Source of the DNA: Basidiobolus meristosporus CBS 931.73
Taxonomy: Eukaryota; Fungi; Basidiobolomycota
Reading direction: 5' to 3'
NCBI GenBank assembly: GCA_002104905.1
Contig: MCFE01000338.1
Location: forward strand, 28,228-92,227
Length of the DNA stretch: 64,000 nt
The position numbers and the translations under genes are program-made. The notes under the pieces were generated by a model. That model was not told the DNA's origin and did not search any database. It saw only the letters and a program-made list of their open reading frames with translations. Of this stretch, positions 49,207 to 60,900 are shown one piece after another. The first letter of the stretch is position 1; the number at the start of each line of letters is the position of its first letter.

Positions 49207-49968
49207 TATGCTGAGACAGTAGACTTGTCCCATTGGATAGTGCCACATTGAGCCATGAGTGCCAAATGATGCCATAGTGTGCCAGAGAGGCCAATTGAGC
49301 CTCTACCTGGCCACAGAGTGTGAAACATAGCTCCGCATCTTCATGCAAAGAGCCCCTATGTTTCACCCATTGTGTTGGAGAAAATCCATTTTTTGACCTT
49401 TTTTTTTGGATCAATGTAGCTCAGGATGTGTTAGAGCACAAGCAGATTGAAGATATGCATCTGGTACTCAATACCCATGGCACTCTGAATCTAGCTCCTG
49501 TAGCTTGTATCATGTCACAAAAATGAATGGCGCTGTCTTGGTCCACTGGTACTATCTGGCACTATAAGTGCTTTGTATAGATCTTACTTTAGGGCTAATA
49601 TTTAAATATAGTGCCAGATAGTACCAGTGGACCAAGACAGTGCCATTCATTTTTGTGACATGATACAAGCTACAGGAGCTAGATTCAGAGTGCCATGGGT
49701 ATTGAGTACCAGATGCATATCTTCAATCTGCTTGTGCTCTGACACATCCTGAGCTACATTGATCCACAAAAAAAGGTCAAAAAATGGATTTTCTCCTGCG
49801 CAATGGGTGAAACACAGGGGCTGCTTTACATGAAGATGCAGAGCTATGTTTCACACTCTGTGGCCTAGTATAGGCTCACTTGACCTCTCTGGCACACTAT
49901 GGCATCATTTGGCACTCATGGCTCAATGTGGCACTATCCAGCGGAACAAGTCTAGTATCTTAAGCATA
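49207..49968. repeat. Long inverted repeat (~360-bp arms, 40-bp spacer 49567-49606)
   Basis: Arms are direct reverse complements; inner ~190 bp have 3 differences, outer part is more diverged. Confidence 0.92.
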
Positions 49969-50670
49969 GCAGATACTATCAAAGGCAGAAAAAAAAGGTG
50001 CAATGGCCAAAAACCAGCAGCTTACTCAAGAGCCTGTTACAAGCAGGGCCAAAAGCTCCAAACAAGTGTCAAAGATACATCTGGTAGCTGGAAAAGTACT
50101 AATAAGAGAAAAGCAGGCAGACACAGAGGCACCAGCACAACATTGACCAAGGAAAAAGTGTAGTTCCACTCAAGAAGCACTCAGTCAGAGTAGCAGTGAA
50201 GGACCTAGCAGTGATAAAAACAAGCAGCTAGCTCAGGAGCCATCATAATATGGGCTGAGAGGTCAAATAAGCAGGAAAGAAGCGTCAGGTTGTCTGCCCA
50301 GGGCCAGCAAGGGACAAGCAGTCCACAACAGATGCATCAAAGCAGCATTTATCAAGGAGGAAATGTAGTTCAATATAAGAAGCACTCAGAAAAAGTAGTA
50401 GTGGAAGACCTGGCAGTTATCAAGCAAAAGGTAAAGGGAAAAAAGTCTACCTAAGCTAGAGACAGGGAAGTGTGGGAAAAAAGCTGAAGTTCTTGCCCAG
50501 TAATTCTACAAACATGGAGCAGACTGAATCCCATCATAGCTAAGAAGAATTACCCACACAAAAACAGCTATCTTCATAGGAGCTGGAAGCACAGCCAGTT
50601 GAGTTACACCCCAGTGAGGTAGATGAGTTTGCAGAGAGAAGGCATTTTGTCTGCCACAGTCTCCATGACT
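49790..50670 (+). mobile_element. Unclassified degraded repeat family X (other copies 44490-44870 minus, 49207-49380 minus, 63795-63970 plus)
   Basis: Shared gattttctcc...ggcacactatggc...gaacaagtct block and A/G-rich block with an internal ~207-bp-period repeat. Confidence 0.6.
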
Positions 50671-50672
50671 TC

Positions 50673-53160
50673 TGTTGTTGGCAGAGTGAAGATTGTTGAC
50701 ATATCAGCCTATTTTGTGTCATTCAGCAGCTGAAGATTTACTCAACAATTCTAGACTAATCTTGGTCACTGTAGGACTGACTTACAGTCTAATATGCCAC
50801 TTTCTACAGATTTAGGATCCTATGACCATTCCTATGTAGTCAAAATCAAATTAGCAATTTTACCAGACATTATGTACTAGCCCTGAAACTGCTACAGAAT
50901 GCTCCTGAATATTGAGAAACCCTCCTTACTTAGCAATGCAGTTGTATTACTTCTACAAAGGTATAAATACTGAACTTCTTCCAGAACACAACAAAAGTTA
51001 AAATCTTTTTGCTATTTCTTGAGAAATTCCTTTCCATCATTTCTTAAATTGCAACAGGTTATGAGCCCCAATTGCATTAATCTATTCTGAAGATGACCTC
51101 TACCATCAAACTGAACAATACAAACATCTTCCCTGTAAAGCAGAGGCTTGATGTGAAGAACTACATATTTTAGAGAATTAAGCAGCAGATCCACCTTGAG
51201 GAAAGAAAGCCTTGAATATATATATATAGTAACAGGAGAAGTAGTTCAGCCTAAAGTAAACAGCAGAAGTGGTGAAGTTTCAAGAGGAGAAAGGCCTTTA
51301 ATGCCCTATGTATCAATGTGCAAGATTCCTTCATGGGACAAATCCATGCTTCAATTACTGCCAAAGCAGCATGGGAATTTCTAGAGAAGATCTTTAGAGC
51401 AAAGTCAGTATCAAGCAAGCCTTATTTAAAACAAAAGTTATACAACATGAGGAAGAAGTCAGATGATAACATGCTACAACTCATTACTAGCATGGAGACA
51501 CTTGCAGAAGAACTTTATAGCTTTAATACTGGTGTGGATGATGAAGAAAAGATACTCTGTCTGCTTTGCAGCATATCATACAAGTATGAGCCACTCATAC
51601 TTTGTTTTGAAAGCAGAGAAGACAATTTGACCTTAGAATTTGTCAAAGGAAGATCTCTCCATGAACAGATCAGATGTAATGATCAAGCAGAGATAATTAA
51701 AGAAAATGCTTTATTCAGCTCAGAAAGACACCCAGAAAAGATGGGAAAGCAACAAAATTGATGAGAACCTGGTTGCTGTAACTACTGTAAGAAGCCAGGA
51801 TGCCGGGCAAAAGAATGCAAGAAGAAACAAGCAAACAAGAAACAGAAACCAAAGCAGGCAAACCATCTAAATATTGATGACAAGTAATTTGTAACTGTAC
51901 AACAGAGCTGACCAGATTAATGAGTAGTATGTTGACTTTAGAGCATCACAGCATATTTGCAGTATAAAGGAGGGGATCAGTAACTTAAAGTCTATTCTCA
52001 TAAAAGAGTCTATCCGGGAGATAACTCTGCACTGGAAGCTACTACCAGTAGGTCTATACAGATAAATATAAGTGATATCTCCAGGGCAACAGCAGCAAAA
52101 CTGACTGACATACTCTATGTGCCAGGAAGAGCTAAATACCTATTCTGAGTTGGTAATGCAACTATTAAAGGACTTAAATTTGTTTTTGCTAAGCTGAGCT
52201 GCTCAATAGTGACTGTAAATGAACAAAGAAAAAGTAGCTTTGGGGATCACAGTTCACAATATGTAAAAGTTACGATGCAAAATCATTATTCCTGAGTATG
52301 TCATAATTTCTGAAACTGATGAAACTTACTGGCAGATATGGCGTAGGAGGCTAGGATGCATTGGGGAGCAGAAAATGAGCCAATTGATAAAATATCAGCT
52401 TGTTTTGGGCCTAAATTACTCAACTCCAATCAAATCTAGTGTCTGTAAGATATGTTTACATGGCAAACAAGCTAGGCAACATTTCAAGAGCTCAGTTGGC
52501 ATTAACACCACCAAAATACTGACTATTGTACACCCAGATATATGTTAGCCCATGAGAAAACCATCCTTTGGAGCCAAGAGATACTTGATGACATTTATTG
52601 ATGACAAGACAAGATATACATGGGTGTACCTCCTCTTAACAAAGGAAGAGGCTTTAGAGATGTTTGAGCAACTCAAGAAAATGGCAGAAACACAAGCTGG
52701 GTGTAAATCAAAGGTACTTTGAAGTGACAATGGAGGGGAATACTACTCAAAAGAGTTTACAAAATACTGCTCATCACTGGTTTACTTCCACAAACCACTG
52801 TTCAACATAGTCCACAGCAAAATGGAGTAGCAGAACATGCAAATAAAATAAAAAGATAGGAAGATTTATGCTACATGATAAGGAAATTGACAACAGGTTA
52901 TGAGCTGAATCTGTTGTTACCATGGTATACGTCAGGAATAGATGCCCAACAATATCACTATGTGGTTCTACACTGTTTGAAGCATATAGGGCCACAAACC
53001 ATACCTCCAGCATCTCAGGATCTTTGGAAGTGACATCTTTCATCACATCTCTGACAAAAAAAGCCCAAAGTTAGAGCCAAAGAGTAGGAATGGGATCTTT
53101 CTTGAATATTGTGAGGATACTGAAAGGTATAGAGTGTATGATGGCAAAAATTAGAGGCCG
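50673..53160 (+). mobile_element. Ty1/copia 5' half: LTR (left edge uncertain, ends 51056), PBS, gag, protease, integrase
   Basis: PBS ggttatgagccc at 51057; gag TAKAAWEFLEKIF...LKQKLYN; zinc knuckle CNYCKKPG; ASQHIC; TFIDDKTRYTWVY, SDNGGEY, QQNGVAE. Confidence 0.85.
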
Positions 53161-53161
53161 C

Positions 53162-54923
53162 TTACCTCACAAAGTGGTGTTGAGTATTTATGTGCTTAGT
53201 TCTTGAATGATTAGTAAAATTCCTAGCCAATGAGTCACAACTCTGATTATCATTTTGAATACATGTTGTTTCATGTGATTTAATGCCTAAGTCTGAAAAT
53301 AATTTTTGTAGCCATATAGCCTCCTTAATTGCTTCAGAAGCAGCCATAAATTTAGCTTCAGCTGTATATAAGGCCACAGTTTGTTGTTTTTGCAGTTCCA
53401 AGTAATAGCTGCACCAGCTTAAAGTTATACATACCCTGTGGTAGAGCATCTGTGAATCAGATGCCTACCCAGCTCTGAATCATTATAACTATCTAATTTT
53501 GGCCTATTAGCTGCTGCAGAGTACTCCAGTACCACATTTACGGTACAATGTAGATATCTGAAAATCCGCTTAACTGCTTTAATTTGATCTGATCCATAAT
53601 TCTGCATGAGTTGACTGACAATTCCAGCTACTAATGCAACATCTGGATGTGTAGACACCATCATGTACATCTGACTACCAACCATTGATTGATAGGGAAA
53701 GTTCTGGTCCATATTTGAGTCTTTTTGACTTAAAACTGGTTGAGATTTGCTCCATTTTAGATTATGGTCCATTGTGGTAGCTGCAGGTCTGCAAATTTCA
53801 TTTTGCAGCATCTAAGAATGTCCCTGATGTACTTAGACTGATTGAGAACAATATTATGCATAGGTTTGTCAAATTTGACTTCAATTCCGAGAAAATAGCT
53901 CAATTTTCCAGCATCATTCATCTCAAGCTTGGTGAAGAGATCTGATTTTGTCTGTTTAAGTGCCTGCTAGTCACTTGTTGCTATTACTTGTTTGACCACA
54001 TGAACAACTAGGGTGATGACACCCTTTTAAGCTGCTTCACATGCATACTGGGATCTGCAGTGCTACAAATGAACCAAATTTTTGTTAGATATGTATCAAT
54101 CCTGTTATACCATGCTCTAGGTGCCTGCTTAAGCTCATACAACAATTTCCCAAATCTGCACATCTTGTGGGGGCCTTCTGTACTGGTAAAACTGTCTGAT
54201 TGCGCCATATATAGTTTCTTGCAAATCCTGATCTAGAAAGACTATTTTGACATCCATTTGGTATGGTTGTCCATTTTTACCATGTACATGGTAAGTTACA
54301 TCCCTGGATAATTTTGGCAAGAAGTTGTAGTAAGTCCTTATAGTGCCCATTAGTAAAGTTAGTAGAAGCCCATCACTTCTCTTGCCACAACTTCACATCT
54401 TTCAGCAGTAGATGGATTACTGGGCTTACTTGACTCCATGGAGTATCCTTGGCTTTTTTTTCCATGGATGTTGTCTCATTGCATAATGTGACATAGCCAG
54501 GTTCATGTAGGGTACTATTTCAAGGGAATAAAGGCTCACGCTCCATCAGTGAGTCTGCTTCTTCAGCACCATCACTCTGATTGTCATATTCAGAAAGCTG
54601 GGGTGAGCCTAAAGGCATCACAAAATAATCTGGCTCAGATTGCACAAGGTAACAAGTCTAGCTAGGTGCCAATATAGAAGTATCAAGTGGTCAGCAAGAT
54701 ATTGCTGCTACAGCAGTGAACTATCCTCTGTATATACCTACCAATATGCTGAATGTCTTTAGAGATCAAAATGAATGCTCTACTCTCATTCTGAAGTGAC
54801 TAAATATCTCATTGTTGTGCTTCTGCTTCCTGCTAGGCATAACATTCCTTGACTTCCTATGAACTGTAATACATCCTGATCTCCAGCAATCCTCTCCTAT
54901 ATGAGCTAAGGCTGCCATACATT
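53162..54923 (-). mobile_element. Ty1/copia RT-RNase H remnant, opposite orientation to the adjacent gag-IN half
   Basis: YQMDVKIVFL, LYELKQAPRAWY, PYQSMVGS.MY.MVSTHPDVA, RCSTTGYV, TAEAKFMAA, HSRTKHINTQHHFVR. Confidence 0.85.
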
Positions 54924-57900
54924 TGTTACAAGTCTTGGTATAAGATATATAGAGGAATAGGGAGTTTAGCTAGTATTGTATACACAATACTTGAACTGAT
55001 TTTTATTGCGGTTCCATCAGCTACTTATATGCATTTTGCCAGATCACTTGCTGAACAATTGCATTTCTTGATGTAGGTTGTGGCTGATGACTCCTTTAAT
55101 TGCATCATCATCACCCAATAAGATCATACTTGATATATCTATTTCTGCTTGATAAGGATCTGCTTATTCATTTGCTGACTAAAGCTACTAATTTGATAGA
55201 TAAAGCTAATATACTGATAGGCTCAACATACAACTAATTGATTTGACTACAAACTGATTCAACTTAAGCATTCATGCGGTAGAACATAACTCATTTCTCC
55301 CCTCTACTAAATTCTGAATGGTTTGTTACACAGTGTGATTTGTCTGATGCTACTGATTTGATAGATAACATTGTTATACTGATAGGCTATGCATATAACT
55401 GAGTGATTTGACTAAAAACTGATCTAACTTAAACATTCAAGCTTAAGCTCATGACATTCTCCCCCACTAAAGCTGAGAGGGTTCTCCTGAATATCTTTTC
55501 TTGTGATACCAATATCATAATAGCTCAGTATTGTTGGCAAGTCTTGCAAGCCTGAGTCTGTCTCTATGAACTAAATCTTCCTGGATACCCCCTAGTTTGC
55601 CCACTAGTTGGTAAGTTGCAAATGGAAATTCTCTGATGATCTTAAAAGTTCCTGTCCATTGTGGCTCAAACTTCTTCCAAGGATTGTTTCTCAGCACTAC
55701 AAAGCCCCAGCTGTCAATGATTCTGGTGACATAGTCTTATCAAATCTCTGCATCATCTTTTCTGCACTTTGAGTTACCTTGGCCTGTAACTCTTGATGAC
55801 TTTGTTCCAGCTGCAGGTGACTACTTGGCTGACTAAGTTCATCTACTAAGGCATCTGTAAGCTTTGATTGTGCAAGATCTCCTGGAATCCTTGGTTCACA
55901 TCCATGCACAAAGTAAAATGGCAATTGCTGAGTGGAGTTGTGAACTCTAACTCTGCATGCAAAAAGTGCTTGGTCTGTATACTCATCCCATCTACTAACA
56001 GCTCCATTTGCATATTTGGTCAGCATTTTTCTGAAAAATCCATTAAACCACTCAGTGACTCCATTAGTTCTAGGGTGATATGCTGAAGTTGTCACCTGTC
56101 TGATGTGCTGCATTTCTAGGTAAGCATTCAATGTCTATGCCACAAAGTTTGCTCCTCTATCAGATAGAATCTCTACAGGGCATCCAAACTTCATAAGGAT
56201 CTCATGGTAGATGGAACTTGCAACTTCTTGTCCACTGGCTGCTAGGATCTAATGGTTGTATCTCCTAGTAGTTGGCAGTCTTGCAACAAAGCCAATCCCC
56301 CATATTTCAAATGGTCTTAGAGTCTCCAAGGGAAAGAGTTCATTAATTCTCTGTGGCAGGCCTTAGTTGATATGGCAATTTGGGCATGTTTTCACTAGCT
56401 TCTCAATGTCTTGTTTCATTCTAGGCCACCATGCTCTGGCTTTTACAAGGCTATAGGTTTTTCAATTCCAATATGTCCATATCCATTGTGTAGCTTATGT
56501 ATTAAATCCAGGCAAGCAATAAAAGGGCAATAGGGAATAGGGCTTCCATCAGCAATTTTATAGAGTGTTTCATCCCGTACCACAAATTTGCTGGCTTCAT
56601 CCAGGATAATCTTCTTGATCTCTTCATCCACCTCAATATGAGTAGCTTGGTTCTCCAAGTACTCTGGTAATATGCTAGGCCAATTTGATTCATGCACTAA
56701 GTTGAGTTGTGCAACTTGTTCTAGTCTTGATAAGGCATCAGCAAACATGTTGTTTTTCCCAGTGTATTTGACAATCTCCAGGTCAAATTGCTGAATGCAT
56801 TTACCCCATCTTGTCATTCTTCTAGAGAGTAAATATATACCTGAGGGAGGTGTGATCAGTCTGCACAATGCATTTGGCTCCTTCAATATAGCATCTCCAT
56901 GTCTTCAAGCAGTGTGTTATAGCAGGCATTTCCTTCTCATGCACTGGATAGTTTTGCACTGCTGAGTTCATTTTCTTAGATTCAAAGGCAACTGGGTAGT
57001 TTTTTCCCTTGTGTTCTTGGCTCAACAAGGAATGATCTGAGTTCTGATATACTATGGGGCTGCTTTAGATTCTTGATAACTTTAACCTTCTTAGGGTCTA
57101 AAGTCCCTCCTTGCTAGTCACTATGTCTCCCAGATATACAATGTGTTCCTTGAAGAATTTGCACTTGTGTAGGTTGCCATATAGCTTGTTCTCTCTGAGC
57201 TTCTTCAAGACCTTTTCAATGTGCACCAGGTGATCTTCTTCTGTCTTGCTGTACATCAATATATCATCTAGGTAGATTATCACAAACTTGTGTATGTACT
57301 CTTGGAAGACAGTCTGCATAAGGGTTATGAATGTTGCAGGAGCATTGGTGAATCCAAAACTCATGACTAAGTACTTGTACTATCTATATCTAGTACTGAA
57401 TGCTGCCTTAATACTGCAACAACTGACGGTAGATTATTCATATCTGCCCTAATATATGACTACAAACAAGGATTCTCAGATGTGGTACACTGACTCTGGA
57501 GCATCTCAACACTTTACATACCAAAAAGAACGTTTTACCCAATATCAAGAAGTTCCATTTATGAAATTTTCATGGGTGACAATGGAACACTTCACACAGT
57601 GGGAGAAGGAACTATTCAAGTAAATCAAAGAACCAGTAAAGGAAGCCATACACTGACCTTCAGAGAAGTACTTTATGTACCAGAAATAGCCAAGAACCTA
57701 CTATCTGTATGCAAGGTCACAGCAGAAGGACTCAGTTTCAGTTTTGACAATTCCAGATGCAGGATCACAGATCAAAATGGTCCCCATATTGCTTTAGGTA
57801 TCAGAGATCAGAATCTATACAAGATGACTTATATTCCATTATATCTGGAAGCCAATATAAGTAGCTTAAATGAAGAAACACCTATGCTTTGGCACAGGAG

Positions 57901-60900
57901 ATTTGGACACATCAATTTTGATTTTATGCGCATAATGATCAAAGTTCAGCTAATTTCTGGTGTAAAAATTTACCCCTCAGCTAATTTGGAGCACTGTGAA
58001 GCCTGCATATATGGTAAACTAGCCAGACTACTGTTCAAGAGCTCTGGGTTGATAAAAACTAAGAAAAAATTAGATCTAATTCACTCAGATCTGCGTGGAG
58101 CTATGCAAAATTTATCCTTAGGTAGGACAAAGTATTTAATCACTTTTATTGATGATTATTTAAGGTGCACATGGGTCTACTTCATGGAGAGAAAAGCAGA
58201 AGCTCTGTCTAAGTTCAGGGAGCTCAAAGCCATGGCTCAGAGAGAAACTGGTGCAAAAATCAAGAAAATACACTCTGACAATGGTGGAGAATATACCTCA
58301 AAACTCTTCTTCCACTTCTGCAAAATTCATGGGATAAAGCAAGAGACTACTGTACCATACTCCCTACAGAAAAATGGAGTAGCAGAATGTGCTAACAGAT
58401 CAATAATTGATATGGCAAGATCTATGATCCAAGATCAAAATTACCCTATGATTTTTGGGCAGAATCAGTTGCCACTGATGTATATCTTAGATACAGGAGT
58501 TATAACAGAGTACTTTGTGAGTCTACTCCATTTTTGGCATGGTATAGGTACAGACCAAGTGCAGCACATCTAAGAATACTTGGGTGTACAGCATATGCCA
58601 AGAAACTGCCCAGAAATCAGTAAAAACTTGAGCCAAAATGTGTTAAATGCATATTTTTAGTTACTGCAACAAGAGTAAAGCATACAGACTGTACAATACC
58701 AAAGCAAAGAAGCTAAACAAGTCCAGGGATGTATTGTTTGATGAAAATTCAAATTCTTACAAAAATTAACATCAGATGATTATGAAAATCAGATCTCAAG
58801 ACCACCAATTGTATGAACTGAATCAGTGCAAAACAGTGAAAATATTATCACTCCAGAGGACTCTATAAGTGTGGTTCAGCCTGAAGCAGTACCTAGGAAT
58901 ATGCCAGATGTTATCATTCCAGTATCAAATGCCTGGAGATCCAATAAGACCAGAAATAGCCTAAATTACTATATCAATGAGGGTACAAACTTAGCCTATG
59001 CCTATTCAGTCCATATTGATGAACCCCAGACTGTAAAAGAGGCCCATAATAGCTGTCAGACAAAGTTATGGAGATCTGCAATGACTGAGGAGTATCAGGC
59101 CATGATGGAAAATCAAACCTGGGACTTAATCAAATTACCAATCAACCAAAAATCATTTGGATGCAGTTGGGTCTTTAAGACAAAATACAAGGTTGATGGT
59201 ACAATTGAAAGATACAAAGCAAGACTTGTAGCCAAAGGATACTCTCAAACAAAAAGACTTGATTATACTGAGACCTTTGCACCAGTAGCCAAGTTTAATT
59301 CCATCAGATTAATATTGGCTATTGCAGCCAAATATAAGTTTTTTATTCATCAAATGGATGCAAAAACTGCATTTTTGAATGGAGAACATGAAGAGGACAT
59401 GTATATGGACCAGCCTGATGAGTTTGTTGACCAAAATAACCCCCATTTGGTCTGCAAGCTTCAAAAGTCACTATATAGTCTCAAACATTCACCAAGAGCC
59501 TGGAATTGCAAGATAGATTCTTATTTGGAATCTTTGAGTTTCAAAAGGAGTAGTGCTGAATATGGTGTATACTATAAGCCAGATAGAGCAAATCCAGCTC
59601 TATTAGCTCTATATGTGGATGATCTTATTATAGCTGCCAATAACCTAGAAACATTGTAAGAGACTAAATCCAGCCAATCTAAGGAGTTTAGGATGTTGAA
59701 TCTAGGAGAACTCAGTTATATTCTCCATAGACAGAGGTACCCACACTATTACACTAAGCCAGTCCAAGTATATTCAAGATATACTAAAGAAACACAAAAT
59801 GGAAGACTGTAAACTGACAGCTACCCCAATGGAGACACACCTTAACTTGGTCTATACTCAATCAAATCAAGAGAGCTTGGTGCCATCTGAAAGCCCTGAC
59901 CTTCCCTATCAATCCATGATCAGTAGTTGGATATATATTATGCTTGGAACACATCCAGATATCTCATATTCAGTGGGAGTTGTCAGCTAGTATAATCAGA
60001 ACTATGGATCTGATCATATTGCAGTAGTTAAGTAGATTTTTAGCTACCTAAAAGGAACTGCTGATACCTGTTTAAGATGCACTTATAAGGGTTCAGAACA
60101 GGATCTTGTGGGCTACTCTGATGCTGATTTGGGATAAAATTTAGAAGACACAAGATCCACCACAGGATACACCTTTCTTTACTGTCAAAGAGCAATTTCA
60201 TGGAATTCAAGAAAGCAACCAACTACAGCACTTTCTACCACAGAGGTAGAGTATATGGCAGCCTGTGAAGCTACAAAAGAAGCAATGTGGTTAAGAAAGC
60301 TTTTTGCAGATTTAGGCCTATGTCAAAAATTGCCAATTATGTTATTTCAAGATGATTAAGGATGTATTCAATTAGGTAGAAATCCAACTTTTCATGCTTG
60401 AACTAAGCACATAGATATTAGGCATCATTTCACATGTGAATCTATAGAGAATGACTTAGTTAGCTTAGCTTACTGTCTTTCAGATGAAATGATTGCAGAC
60501 ATTTTCACTAAACCATTAGCTAGAGACAAGTTTGAATATCTTAGGTCAAGTTAGGACTAGTCAGTATGAACATTTAGCTGAGTAGGAGCGTTGTAAAAAT
60601 TTGCAATTGCACCTAAATATTCACCTAACTTAGTCACTTAGATCATTACCTTCAAATCTTAAGGAATACTGACCAAATTTCTTGTTGGGATTAACTTAGA
60701 ACATTTTCATCAAAATATCAGGTACCCAGAACATGAAAATTCTCATAGTTGTCCAAACAGCCCCAAGCTATTCACACATGTTCTTGGGACCTTCCTTAAC
60801 CTATTCTATTTGCTTGTTATGCCAAGACTATGTAAAAGTATAAATATTACTTTTACATTCAATAAATCATAAAGTTAAAACCACATAATCTACTAGTCCT

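Noticed and set aside
52896-52906. Second ggttatgagc resembling a copia PBS after ...caaca
   Set aside because: It lies in the integrase frame (L[W]AESV...YVRNRCP) and no LTR precedes it.
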